Shown: in pieces, positions 20,153 to 29,971 of the stretch | Numbering within the stretch: position 1 is the first letter of the stretch | How the letters are laid out: every line of letters starts with the position of its first letter | Source of the DNA: a virus | Taxonomy: Duplodnaviria > Caudoviricetes | Reading direction: 5' to 3' (one strand) | DNA length: 64,000 nucleotides | Virus record (IMG/VR): IMGVR_UViG_3300049846_001081 | Position numbers and translations under genes: made by a program | Notes under the pieces: model-generated | Databases searched by the model: none | Told to the model about the DNA's origin: nothing | What the model saw: the letters and a program-made list of their open reading frames with translations, nothing else

Positions 20153-22189
20153 ATGTCCACCAATCCTCTGAATGATATTACCAGAGTTTATCTGGAACAA
20201 GTCGCTTCTCAAGAAGTTGAGATTGAAGAAGGTATGACCATGAAGGATTTCAAAGCAAACCGCAGAAAACTCAAGCGTAGAGAAGCTTCTGCCGATGCTA
20301 AGAAGAGAGGTCATGTTGGTAAAGAGTGGTATAACAGTGGTAGGACCTATTCTCCTGATGAGGCGAAGAGTGGTCGTGCAAAACTGGATGATGCAGAAAG
20401 AAGCACAAGACATCGTAGTTCTATAGACCCTGAGGGTGAAGATAGTAACTACTCAGCAGATAAGACTAAGAATCCCAAGAAACTCCGCAAGCAAAAAGCA
20501 ATGGGAGAACTTGGCGAATCTTCACATCTTGAGACAGATATGAAGAAGCGTTCTGAAGCAAATGAAAAAGCACGTAAAGAAATTGCGAAAAGCAAAGCTC
20601 ATGCTGATATGGTGAAGGCAGCAAGAAAACATTTTGATGAATCAAAGAAAGGTGACGGTAATTTGGCAAACAACTATCCCCCCTATGATAAAGTCACCAG
20701 AGGAGATGTAATCGCTGGTGCAACTGGTAATGATGAGATGGGCGGCAAGAAAAAGAAAAAGGTAGAAGAAGGTAATGACGGTAATTTAGCAAACAACTAT
20801 CCTCCATACGATAAGGTTACCAGGGGAGATGTGATTGCTGGAAGATTAGGTAAAGACCAGATGGGTGGTAAGAAGAAAAAAGTAACCAAAGAAGGATATT
20901 CAAACTGGAGACAAGATCTTTCTGAAGTTATCAAGGATACTGAAACTGAAAAGAAAATTACAGAAAAGCAAGTTAATAACAAAATTGTAATCAATCCAAA
21001 GTTGGATCTTGGTGAAGCAGTAGAGAACCTTGGTGGAACTTTGCTTGAGATGATTGAGGTTGAGAATTTTGATTCTATCTTTGATGATCTTTCGGAGTCT
21101 GAAATCTTCTTGCTTTCGGATGATCTGATTGAAGAAGTTGTAGAAGAGTTTTTCTATGAGTGTCTAGAAGAGGGTTATGATCTTGATCAAGTAGAAAATG
21201 TTCTAATTGAATCAATTGAACTGACTGATTCAATTTTAACCGAAGCAAAAGTTACTTTGGGTCATGATACAAAAATCAAGAGTGATAGACTTGGAAAAGT
21301 AAAGTCTGCTGTTAAGAAGGTTGGTGGTGCTATTGCCCGAGGCGCTGGGTATGTTGCAGGTGCAGCAGTTCGTGGTGCAAAAGCAGCTGGTAGAGAATTT
21401 AAAGCAGGATATCAAAGAGGCAGAGGTGGATCATCAGGTTCATCTACATCTTCTACATCTTCATCAGCGTCTTCTTCTGGATCTTCATCTTCCGAAACTG
21501 GAACTAAGCGTCCTGGTTTACTTGGAAGAATTGGTTCAGCACTGAAGAGTGGTTTGAAGAGAGCTGTTGCAAAAGGTGCAAGAGCAGTTTCAAGAGGAGC
21601 AAGAAATGTTGCTCGTAAGGTAGAAGGTAAACCCTCTACCTCATCAGCATCTACAAAACCAGCACCAAAAAAAGCAGAAAAACCTGCTGATCCTTGGGAA
21701 GGTAGTTACAAAAAATCTTCGGAAGTAAAAACGAAACCAAAACCAAAAGCATCAACCAAAAAAGCACCGACACCAAAAGCAACTACAAAGGCACCTGCAA
21801 AAAGGAAGAAAAAGTCAAAGTTAGATGATTTACTTGCTTCAGTAAGAAGTGAGAGTGTTCAAATTGATGAAAAGACTTTGACTAAAATGGAAATGAAGAA
21901 GCGCGAAGAAATTGTCAAGTCAATGAAAGATAAAGCATCTGATTTTGAAAAGAGATATCCTGGTCGTGGTAAAGAAGTGATGTATGCTACTGCCACCAAA
22001 ATGGCAAAAAAAGTTGCAGAACAAACAATGGAACTTCAACCCAAAACTCAAACACAGACACAACAACCAGATCCTAGAGCAAAAGCAGCATCTCAAAGAG
22101 CAAAAGCAAAAGCGATAGAATTGAAAACGAGAGAACTTGCAACTCTTAGATCAACTCCAGCTGGAACTGCAGTTTCTACTTTTAACTGA
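20153..22189 (+). CDS. Large low-complexity modular protein, putative head-internal polyprotein
   Basis: Alternating basic and acidic modules, internal repeats, Ser-rich linker; late box 20117. Confidence 0.7.
   Translation: MSTNPLNDITRVYLEQVASQEVEIEEGMTMKDFKANRRKLKRREASADAKKRGHVGKEWYNSGRTYSPDEAKSGRAKLDDAERSTRHRSSIDPEGEDSNYSADKTKNPKKLRKQKAMGELGESSHLETDMKKRSEANEKARKEIAKSKAHADMVKAARKHFDESKKGDGNLANNYPPYDKVTRGDVIAGATGNDEMGGKKKKKVEEGNDGNLANNYPPYDKVTRGDVIAGRLGKDQMGGKKKKVTKEGYSNWRQDLSEVIKDTETEKKITEKQVNNKIVINPKLDLGEAVENLGGTLLEMIEVENFDSIFDDLSESEIFLLSDDLIEEVVEEFFYECLEEGYDLDQVENVLIESIELTDSILTEAKVTLGHDTKIKSDRLGKVKSAVKKVGGAIARGAGYVAGAAVRGAKAAGREFKAGYQRGRGGSSGSSTSSTSSSASSSGSSSSETGTKRPGLLGRIGSALKSGLKRAVAKGARAVSRGARNVARKVEGKPSTSSASTKPAPKKAEKPADPWEGSYKKSSEVKTKPKPKASTKKAPTPKATTKAPAKRKKKSKLDDLLASVRSESVQIDEKTLTKMEMKKREEIVKSMKDKASDFEKRYPGRGKEVMYATATKMAKKVAEQTMELQPKTQTQTQQPDPRAKAASQRAKAKAIELKTRELATLRSTPAGTAVSTFN
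20651..20842 (+). repeat. Duplicated 69-nt coding module (GNLANNYPPYDKVTRGDVIAG) at 20651-20719 and 20774-20842
   Basis: Near-identical peptide, mostly synonymous nucleotide differences. Confidence 0.9.
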
Positions 22190-22233
22190 TTTAATATCTA
22201 AATAGATCTGGATACTCTCATACGGAGGTCATT

Positions 22234-22407
22234 ATGGGTGGAGTAGTAGCGGTTTTAAAACCACTTCTGATTCAGATTGCAACTCATCCTGCTGTTAAGC
22301 AACTTGTTCTTGATCTACTCAAGAAATATGTTGATAGCACAGATAATAGTATTGATAATGTTGTTTATGAAATGGTAAAAGATAAACTCTTTACGCCACA
22401 AGCATGA
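22234..22407 (+). CDS. Small hypothetical protein (57 aa, not in ORF track)
   Basis: Late box 22199, GGAGG RBS, ATG 22234 to TGA 22407. Confidence 0.65.
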   Translation: MGGVVAVLKPLLIQIATHPAVKQLVLDLLKKYVDSTDNSIDNVVYEMVKDKLFTPQA

Positions 22408-22568
22408 TTACTTGTTTTGTAACTAACTGGGGAATAACCATTTTTCTAGGTATATTGCTAACTGCTTCCGAGTGGTTAGCAAAAACAAAAAAATTCAAAG
22501 AAAACGGCTTACTTGATTTAATAACTAATTTTTTAAAAGTTGTTTTACGCAAAGGAGATCAAAAGTAG
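22404..22568 (+). CDS. Small membrane protein (54 aa, not in ORF track)
   Basis: ATGA coupling; hydrophobic WGITIFLGILLTASEWL; terminator 22552-22582. Confidence 0.55.
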   Translation: MITCFVTNWGITIFLGILLTASEWLAKTKKFKENGLLDLITNFLKVVLRKGDQK

Positions 22569-22625
22569 GGTCTCCTTTTTTTATAAATATCTTATAGCAA
22601 ATAAGTTTTTTACGGAAGAAAGAAC

Positions 22626-23387
22626 ATGGCACTCTGGGGAAACAATGATAATAAAGGTTCTGGAGGCACAGTAACTCTAGACTACTCCACCCTTGTCGTA
22701 ACTGGTTCTGGCACATCTTTTGGTAACGTTGGTGCTGCTGTAACTGGTGATGTAATCAGATTTGGTATTCGTGGTGGTGGCGGAACCTATTTCGGAGATG
22801 CTGTAATCGTTGGCATTGCTAGCACAACTCAATGTACAATTGGATCTACTGCAGGATTAAGTGGTGCAGCAATTGCCGCAACTTCTTTTTACGTTAGTGA
22901 ACTTCCTAAGTATACAGTGCTTGATAGCTCTTATAGCAATATTAATGATGCAACACAGTCTCTTCAAACCTTAACAATTACAGGAACTGCAACTACTAAC
23001 GCTAATATTGGAACTTCCATTGTTCCAGTAGTTGCTCCTAGTGGATTACTAGTTGGAGATACTTTACTAAATGGTGGAAGCGACATTCTTATTTCTACAA
23101 TTGGTGCCACTACAATTTCTCTTGGTTCAACAATTTCTGCTGGAATTGCAACTGGTGATACGTTGACCTTTAAGAGATATGTTGATGGTTATGACAAACA
23201 AGTTTATGGAATTTCTACTGATGGAGTTCCTGCTGCATATCAAGGATTTACTCATCAAGGTTGGGTTGGTATTACAACCTACGTTGATTGTCAAGGAAAC
23301 TTTAGAGTTAAGAGTGAAGTTCTTGTAGCAATGTCCGGTATTACCACTGGTTCTGACGGAATTCTTTATCCAACTCCTGTCAAATAA
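22626..23387 (+). CDS. Putative virion structural protein (G/T/S-rich beta protein)
   Basis: TATAAATA at 22582; MALWG start and HQGWVG..KSEVLVAM end typical of cyanophage structural proteins. Confidence 0.7.
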   Translation: MALWGNNDNKGSGGTVTLDYSTLVVTGSGTSFGNVGAAVTGDVIRFGIRGGGGTYFGDAVIVGIASTTQCTIGSTAGLSGAAIAATSFYVSELPKYTVLDSSYSNINDATQSLQTLTITGTATTNANIGTSIVPVVAPSGLLVGDTLLNGGSDILISTIGATTISLGSTISAGIATGDTLTFKRYVDGYDKQVYGISTDGVPAAYQGFTHQGWVGITTYVDCQGNFRVKSEVLVAMSGITTGSDGILYPTPVK

Positions 23388-23390
23388 TAT

Positions 23391-23783
23391 ATGATTTTTA
23401 ATGAATTGAACGAGGACAATTTCCTCCTATTTGCAATTAAACATTATGAAAATCCCCAGGCAGTGACTAAAGAGGATTTTGAAAAAGACTTAAATCATTT
23501 CAAATATATTAAAAGACTTTTGAAACGATACAAGAATACAGGTGAATTAAAAACTCACCTTCTTCTTAATCACTTTATCATTCTTTATAATATTTTTGGT
23601 GAAGCAACAACTCCAATGTTGTTCTTTAAGATTGAAAAAGATTTGTGGTCTTCCATGAAAAGTTTTATAATTTTTTTGAATAGACTACCAGAATATCCAA
23701 AATCTACAATACATGATATACAAGTTGATTTAAAATGTTTATCTGAACTTCAAAAAATCTACAATGGATCACAAGAAACTTGA
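23391..23783 (+). CDS. Conserved T4-like phage protein
   Basis: ELNEDNFLLFAIKHYENP...HLLLNHFIILYNIFG. Confidence 0.75.
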   Translation: MIFNELNEDNFLLFAIKHYENPQAVTKEDFEKDLNHFKYIKRLLKRYKNTGELKTHLLLNHFIILYNIFGEATTPMLFFKIEKDLWSSMKSFIIFLNRLPEYPKSTIHDIQVDLKCLSELQKIYNGSQET

Positions 23784-23976
23784 TCGCATTATTTCTATAA
23801 TAAGAGAGCAAATGGTAGCAAATGCTCCAGGGACTCAGGGTGGATTTTCTGGATCAGCAAATCCAAAGGGACCTGTTGCTGGTTTTGATCCTGTTATGGG
23901 GACGACAAGAAGAAAATATGCATCTTTAGGAGCAGGATCCCGCAAACGCTGGATGAAAAAGAAACCATCGCAGTAG
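23764..23976 (+). CDS. Hypothetical protein
   Basis: Overlaps upstream gene; AGFDPVM motif. Confidence 0.6.
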   Translation: MDHKKLDRIISIIREQMVANAPGTQGGFSGSANPKGPVAGFDPVMGTTRRKYASLGAGSRKRWMKKKPSQ

Positions 23977-23980
23977 AACA

Positions 23981-24328
23981 ATGTTTGGTCAGGACTCAAA
24001 AATTAAAGTTGCTGTTCTTGAAGAAAGAGTAAAAATTCATGAAGAAATGGTAGAGCGTGTAGATGCTGCTATTCAAACTTTAAGCGAGACCAACCAGAAC
24101 ATATGTAAGATGCTTGCAGTTCATGATGAAAGAATTATGAACTGTACTTTAAGTGATAACAATACAAATGAAAAAATTGGAAAGTTAGAAATAAAGGTTG
24201 ACGAACTTTCTAAATTTAGATGGATGGCAGCCGGAATAGTTGCTCTGGCTTTATTATTTGTACCAGTTGTAACAGATTTTATAACTGCATCAGTAAATTC
24301 AGTTACAGAACAAGTTAAAAATAAATAA
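23981..24328 (+). CDS. Coiled-coil protein with C-terminal TM helix
   Basis: VAVLEER coiled coil; WMAAGIVALALLFVPVV. Confidence 0.65.
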   Translation: MFGQDSKIKVAVLEERVKIHEEMVERVDAAIQTLSETNQNICKMLAVHDERIMNCTLSDNNTNEKIGKLEIKVDELSKFRWMAAGIVALALLFVPVVTDFITASVNSVTEQVKNK

Positions 24329-24494
24329 TTGAGTGTTGGCATAAGATGCCAATGAAGACTCAAAAGAAAATAACACTCTATACTCTACAAAAGACAACTA
24401 ATTCAGTCATTAAATGGACCGCAATAATGACTGCTCTTTGTCTTGACAAAGCACGTTGACCTGCTAGAATAGAACGACAGGTTAATGTTTGTTT

Positions 24495-25463
24495 ATGGAC
24501 TTTGTTGATGTGAAGTACATCAATTTGATATCTTCTAGGTTTCAAAAATTCAAGAAGGTAAAGAATAATCTCTACAACTTTCGTTGCCCCATTTGTGGTG
24601 ACTCTCAAAGAAATAAAAATAAAGCAAGAGGATATCTGTATCAGGTAAAGAACAATACAAACTTCAAGTGTCATAACTGTGGAGTCAATATCTCTTTCAA
24701 TAATTTTTTAAAACAAATAGATTCTGCAATTTATAAACAATACACTTTTGAGAAGTTTAAAGATGGAAAAACTGGTAGAAATTTCACTGTTGAAGAACCA
24801 GTATTTAATTTTGAAACACCAAAGTTTAAACCAAAACTAGACCTACCAAAAGCATCAGAAAATCCTGACGCAAATGAATACTTGGTAAAGCGAAAGTTAA
24901 ACCCACATAACTATTATTACGCCGAAAAATTCAAGTCTTGGACTAATTCTTTAAAGAAAGTCTTTGATGATACTGCTAAAGATGAACCTAGGATTATTAT
25001 TCCTTTGTTCTATCAAAATACTCTTGTTGGATTTCAGGGCAGAGCACTTGGTCCAAGCAAGATTAAATACATCACTGTAATGTTGAACGATGACGCACCA
25101 AAAATCTACGGTCTCAATGAGATTGAAAAAAACAAAACTGTATACATCACCGAAGGTCCCTTTGACTCAACTTTCATTCGCAACGCGATTGCTCTTTGCG
25201 GAGCTGACGGTGATATTGGTAAGTGGGGTATTAGCGATTGTGTGTGGATCTATGATAACGAACCACGTAATGCAGAAATCCACCGCAGGATTGAACAGTG
25301 TATCAGTAGAGGAGATAAGGTCGTAATTTGGCCTTCAATGATAAGAGAAAAAGATATTAATGATATGGTTTTATCTGGACTAGATGTTCAATCTGTGATA
25401 GAATCAAATACTTATTCTGGACTAGAAGCAAAACTTAAATTTACCACCTGGAAGAAAATATGA
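24495..25463 (+). CDS. gp61: DNA primase
   Basis: Zn finger CPICGDS...CHNC, TOPRIM TEGPFDS, YDNE, KDINDM. Confidence 0.96.
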   Translation: MDFVDVKYINLISSRFQKFKKVKNNLYNFRCPICGDSQRNKNKARGYLYQVKNNTNFKCHNCGVNISFNNFLKQIDSAIYKQYTFEKFKDGKTGRNFTVEEPVFNFETPKFKPKLDLPKASENPDANEYLVKRKLNPHNYYYAEKFKSWTNSLKKVFDDTAKDEPRIIIPLFYQNTLVGFQGRALGPSKIKYITVMLNDDAPKIYGLNEIEKNKTVYITEGPFDSTFIRNAIALCGADGDIGKWGISDCVWIYDNEPRNAEIHRRIEQCISRGDKVVIWPSMIREKDINDMVLSGLDVQSVIESNTYSGLEAKLKFTTWKKI

Positions 25464-27757
25464 GCAACGGCACTAAAGTTAAAAAGCGCGATGGACGAAT
25501 TGAGTCTCTTGACCTAGACAAAATGCATTTGATGGTTGAAGAGGCGTGTAAAGGTCTTGCAGGGGTCTCTGCAAGTCAAGTTGAGATGACCTCTGGTATT
25601 CAATTCTATGATGGAATTACCACAGCAGAAATTCAAGAAATTCTAATTCGTTCTGCTTCAGACTTAATTGATCTTGATCACCCGAATTATCAGTTTGTTG
25701 CCGCCCGCCTTCTTCTTTTTGCGGTTCGTAAGCAACTTTATGGGAAGATGAAAGAACTTCCAACTTTAGAACAACACATTATTGATTGTGTTTCTGCCGA
25801 AGTTTATGATAGTGATATTTACAACAAGTATTCTCAAGAAGAGATTGCTCGCGCTGAGTCGTTTATTGATCATGACCGTGACTTTCTATTCACTTATGCA
25901 GGTTTACGTCAAGTCGTTGATAAGTACCTCGTGCAAGATAGAAGCAGTGGCGGTGTATATGAAACCCCACAGTTTATGTACATGATGATTGCTCTGACTA
26001 TCTTTGCAGAGTATCCCAAAGAAACCAGAATGTCATATGTCAAGAGGTATTATGACGCAATCTCAAAGCACAAAATCAACATCCCAACACCAATCATGGC
26101 GGGAGTGCGGACTCCGCTTAGACAATTTGCTAGCTGTGTGCTTGTTGACGTTGATGACACCCTCGATAGTATCTTTAGTAGCGATATGGCTATTGGCAGA
26201 TACGTTGCACAGAGGGCGGGAATCGGCATCAACGCTGGTAGAATCCGTGGCATCAACAGCAAAATCCGAGGTGGAGAAGTTCAACACACGGGTGTTGTAC
26301 CATTTCTCAAGAAGTTTGAAGCAACTGTCAGATGTTGCACGCAGAATGGCATACGAGGTGGATCCGCGACAGTACACTTCCCAATCTGGCACCAAGAAAT
26401 AGAAGACATTCTTGTTCTTAAAAACAACAAGGGAACGGAGGATAATCGTGTTCGTAAACTTGACTACAGTATTCAAATCAGTAAACTCTTCTATGAAAGG
26501 TTCATTCAGGATGCTGAGATCACGCTTTTCTCCCCACACGATGTACCTGGACTATATGATAGCTTCGGACTCCCTAGTTTTGATGATCTCTACGTTTCGT
26601 ATGAGAAGAATCCGACCATTAAGAAAAAAACTGTTAAAGCACAGGAACTCATTCTCAATCTCCTTAAGGAACGTGCGGAAACGGGTCGTGTCTATATTAT
26701 GAATATTGATCACTGCAACTCTCACTCATCCTTTAAGGACAAAGTTGAGATGAGCAATCTGTGTCAGGAAATCACTCTTCCAACTTATCCTATTCAACAC
26801 ATTGATGATACAAATGGGGAAATTGCTCTATGTATTCTCTCTGCTATCAATGTTGGTAAAGTTAAGTCTGATGATGAACTTGAGGAACTTTGTGACCTTT
26901 CAGTTCGCGGTTTGGATGAGTTGATTGACTATCAAAAATACCCCGTAGCCGCGGCAGAAATTGCCACTAAGGCACGTCGTTCTCTTGGTGTAGGGTTTAT
27001 TGGTCTTGCACACTATTTGGCAAAACTTGGATACAACTATGATTCTCAGGAAGCATGGGATGCAGTTCATGGACTTGCTGAAAGTTTTCAATACTATCTA
27101 CTGAAAGCCTCCAATCAACTTGCTAAAGAAAAGGGACATTGTGAATACTTTGGTCGTACTAAGTATGCTGATGGAATTCTACCAATTGATACATACAAAA
27201 AGGATGTGGATGAAATTTCTTCTATTGGTTTAGAGCATGATTGGGAATCTCTCAGAGCATCTATCTTGGAACATGGTCTCAGGCACTCAACACTGTCCGC
27301 ACAGATGCCATCGGAGAGCAGTTCCGTTGTGTCAAACGCAACCAATGGAATTGAACCACCCAGAGATTACTTGTCCGTTAAGAAATCAAAGAAAGGTCCA
27401 CTTAAGCAGATTGTTCCCCAGTATCATACCCTTAAGAACAATTATACGCTTCTGTGGGAGATGTCTAGCAATCGTGGGTATATTAATATTGTTGCAGTTA
27501 TGCAAAAGTTCTTTGATCAAGCGATTTCTGGAAACTGGTCCTATAATCCAGAGAATTATGACAACAATGAAGTTCCTACTTCAGTGATGGCAAATGACTT
27601 TTTGACTACATACAAGTACGGGTGGAAAACTTCTTACTACCAAAACACTTATGATATTAAGACTGATGAGGTAGTAGAAGAGAAACCCAATCTTCAAGAT
27701 TTGCTAAGTGAGTTAAGTTCAGTAGAGGAGGGAGAGTGTGAATCCTGTGCAGTTTAA
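25460..27757 (+). CDS. nrdA: Ribonucleotide reductase class Ia alpha subunit
   Basis: ATP-cone VKKRDG, QFASC, SNLCQEI, C-terminal CESCAV; no intein. Confidence 0.98.
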   Translation: MSNGTKVKKRDGRIESLDLDKMHLMVEEACKGLAGVSASQVEMTSGIQFYDGITTAEIQEILIRSASDLIDLDHPNYQFVAARLLLFAVRKQLYGKMKELPTLEQHIIDCVSAEVYDSDIYNKYSQEEIARAESFIDHDRDFLFTYAGLRQVVDKYLVQDRSSGGVYETPQFMYMMIALTIFAEYPKETRMSYVKRYYDAISKHKINIPTPIMAGVRTPLRQFASCVLVDVDDTLDSIFSSDMAIGRYVAQRAGIGINAGRIRGINSKIRGGEVQHTGVVPFLKKFEATVRCCTQNGIRGGSATVHFPIWHQEIEDILVLKNNKGTEDNRVRKLDYSIQISKLFYERFIQDAEITLFSPHDVPGLYDSFGLPSFDDLYVSYEKNPTIKKKTVKAQELILNLLKERAETGRVYIMNIDHCNSHSSFKDKVEMSNLCQEITLPTYPIQHIDDTNGEIALCILSAINVGKVKSDDELEELCDLSVRGLDELIDYQKYPVAAAEIATKARRSLGVGFIGLAHYLAKLGYNYDSQEAWDAVHGLAESFQYYLLKASNQLAKEKGHCEYFGRTKYADGILPIDTYKKDVDEISSIGLEHDWESLRASILEHGLRHSTLSAQMPSESSSVVSNATNGIEPPRDYLSVKKSKKGPLKQIVPQYHTLKNNYTLLWEMSSNRGYINIVAVMQKFFDQAISGNWSYNPENYDNNEVPTSVMANDFLTTYKYGWKTSYYQNTYDIKTDEVVEEKPNLQDLLSELSSVEEGECESCAV

Positions 27758-28928
27758 GATTTCTTCCGTAGAGGAACAACAAACGAATATTAAAGGAATG
27801 ACCGTATTCAATACGGAAAAAGTGGACACTAAAAAGCAACCAATGTTTTTTGGAAAACCACTTGGAGTTCAGAGATATGATTCATACAAATATCCTGTAT
27901 TTGATAAACTAACAACTCAGCAACTTGGATATTTTTGGAGACCTGAGGAGGTCTCCCTCCAAAAGGATCGTGGAGATTATCAAACACTGCGCCCAGAACA
28001 GAAGCACATTTATACTTCTAATTTGAAGTATCAGATCATGTTGGATTCTGTTCAAGGTCGTGGTCCTGGTATGGCATTTATTCCATACTGTTCACTTCCT
28101 GAATTGGAAGCATGTATGGAAGTGTGGGGATTCATGGAAATGATCCATTCACGTTCTTACACATATATCATCAAAAACGTTTATTCAGACCCCTCTGAGG
28201 TGTTTGATACTATCATTGGCGATGAACGTCTTCTGGAACGTGCTAGAAGCGTTACAGAGTCTTATGATGACTTTATTCAATCCGCACAACAATATGGTGT
28301 GTCTGATACCTGGATGCACCGACTTGAGGGAGTTTCATACGCAAAGGAATCACTCAACGATGTCAAACGAAAACTGTACAGAGCAGTCGCAAATGTTAAT
28401 ATTCTTGAAGGTATTCGCTTCTACGTTAGTTTTGCTTGTAGTTTCGCCTTTGGTGAACTTAAGCTTATGGAAGGATCAGCTAAAATCATCTCTCTTATCG
28501 CAAGAGACGAAAATCAACACCTAGCACTTACTCAGAATATTCTGAATAAGTGGAGAGAAGGTGATGATCCAGAAATGCAACAAATTGCAAAAGAAGAAGA
28601 GGAATGGGTTTATGCAATGTTTGATCGTGCAGTAAATGAAGAAAAACGTTGGGCAGATTATCTGTTCAAAGATGGAAGCATGATCGGACTCAATGACAAA
28701 TTGCTTCAACAGTATGTTGAATGGATTGCGAACCGTAGACTAAAAGCAATCGGACTTAAACCACAGTATGATATTTCAGCAAACAACAATCCACTACCTT
28801 GGACTCAGCATTGGATTTCTTCCAAAGGACTCCAGGTTGCTCCCCAGGAAACTGAGGTAGAATCCTATGTAGTCGGAGGCATTAAACAAGATGTTACCAA
28901 AAATACTTTCTCAGGATTCAAACTATGA
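27738..28928 (+). CDS. nrdB: Ribonucleotide reductase class Ia beta subunit
   Basis: FWRPEEV, EMIHSRSY, LEGIRFY, DENQH, PQETEVESY. Confidence 0.97.
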   Translation: MNPVQFKISSVEEQQTNIKGMTVFNTEKVDTKKQPMFFGKPLGVQRYDSYKYPVFDKLTTQQLGYFWRPEEVSLQKDRGDYQTLRPEQKHIYTSNLKYQIMLDSVQGRGPGMAFIPYCSLPELEACMEVWGFMEMIHSRSYTYIIKNVYSDPSEVFDTIIGDERLLERARSVTESYDDFIQSAQQYGVSDTWMHRLEGVSYAKESLNDVKRKLYRAVANVNILEGIRFYVSFACSFAFGELKLMEGSAKIISLIARDENQHLALTQNILNKWREGDDPEMQQIAKEEEEWVYAMFDRAVNEEKRWADYLFKDGSMIGLNDKLLQQYVEWIANRRLKAIGLKPQYDISANNNPLPWTQHWISSKGLQVAPQETEVESYVVGGIKQDVTKNTFSGFKL

Positions 28929-29040
28929 TGAATGGTGTGAACAAGCAATTCTGAACGCTTATCAGGAAGCGGCAGAATGTGATGAATTTATGTTTGGGGA
29001 TTACAACTATTGTAAAGAATGGTTAGGTACAAATGAATAG
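28891..29040 (+). CDS. Small acidic hypothetical protein (49 aa) overlapping the nrdB end
   Basis: MLPKILSQDSNYDEWCEQ..., ends just before terminator 29046-29067. Confidence 0.45.
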   Translation: MLPKILSQDSNYDEWCEQAILNAYQEAAECDEFMFGDYNYCKEWLGTNE

Positions 29041-29067
29041 ATAGAGGAGGTTAACCCTCCTTTTTTT

Positions 29068-29229
29068 ATGTCCAAAAATCAATTAACTAAAGATGAGTTA
29101 AAAGTTCGTGTTCTGAAATTGAAAAATAATTTATATAAAGAACATATTCGCCCAGAAATGGACATGAAAGGACTTGCTCATAAATATCTGAACGAAGTTC
29201 TTGATATCATTGATGAGTATAGATATTGA
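29068..29229 (+). CDS. Small hypothetical protein (53 aa)
   Basis: MSKNQLTKDELKVRVLKLK...EYRY. Confidence 0.55.
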   Translation: MSKNQLTKDELKVRVLKLKNNLYKEHIRPEMDMKGLAHKYLNEVLDIIDEYRY

Positions 29230-29656
29230 CTATGAAAACCCTTGGACCTACAATGGAAAAGTATTTGGTTCAAGTGATATTCAAGATTATTTTGGTTTTG
29301 TATATCATATTCATTGCAATCAAACTAATCGTGACTATATTGGTAGAAAGTATTTTTGGAGTTTCCGCACACCAAGAGGAAAATCTAGAAAAGTTAAGTC
29401 AGAGTCCGATTGGAAAATATATTACGGTTCCTGTCCTGAACTCAAAGAAGATGTAGAAAAATATGGTAGGGAGAATTTTACGCGCACTATTTTATCATTA
29501 CATAAAACAAAGGGCAAAACAAACTTTGAAGAAACGAGGCAACTCTTCTTCAACAATGTCCTCACGGAATCCCTTGACAACGGAGTGCCAAGATACTATA
29601 ATAGCAACATCCTCAACAGGTACTTCCGAAAAGATTATTATGACCGCAACGACTGA
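29213..29656 (+). CDS. GIY-YIG endonuclease, T4 endonuclease II-like
   Basis: GFVY...YIGRK, SDW..YYGS, YYNSNI; downstream of nrdB as denA is in T4. Confidence 0.85.
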   Translation: MSIDIDYENPWTYNGKVFGSSDIQDYFGFVYHIHCNQTNRDYIGRKYFWSFRTPRGKSRKVKSESDWKIYYGSCPELKEDVEKYGRENFTRTILSLHKTKGKTNFEETRQLFFNNVLTESLDNGVPRYYNSNILNRYFRKDYYDRND

Positions 29657-29813
29657 AGATATTGTGGCGCATGTGAGATCTTGGTCTCTTGATCGTGTTG
29701 CTGATAAAAGTATATCTAAAATGGATGCCCGTGCTATTCTTGCTGAGTTTTATGAGTGGATTGAGCCAGAGGATGACGAATTGGAAATTGTCTCTCTAGA
29801 ACCAGAATCTTGA
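29640..29813 (+). CDS. Small hypothetical protein
   Basis: Internal ATG at 29640 of the listed ORF, overlapping the EndoII-like end. Confidence 0.55.
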   Translation: MTATTEDIVAHVRSWSLDRVADKSISKMDARAILAEFYEWIEPEDDELEIVSLEPES

Positions 29814-29838
29814 CAAAATCTAAATAAAAACTTATAAT
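29810..29838 (+). promoter_or_regulatory. Dual early/late promoter
   Basis: TTGACA-17-TATAAT with TAAATA (29821-29826) inside the spacer. Confidence 0.75.
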
Positions 29839-29971
29839 GCTTACAACCCACCCCATAAAGGTGGGTTTCACATTATGAGACTTTGAATGTGAAATTAGAG
29901 CCTAGGAGATTGCCCCTTGAGAGAGGGGAAGTGCGCTTTCTCTATTAGGATGTAGAGTTCAATCAATTTAA

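Noticed and set aside
21430-21495. TCA/TCT microsatellite-like tract
   Set aside because: Simply encodes a poly-Ser linker; no sign of a phase-variable tract
10257-28928. Introns or inteins in gp43, uvsX, gp41, nrdA, nrdB
   Set aside because: All are continuous and of normal length, with no intein motifs; the visible part of psbA is also uninterrupted
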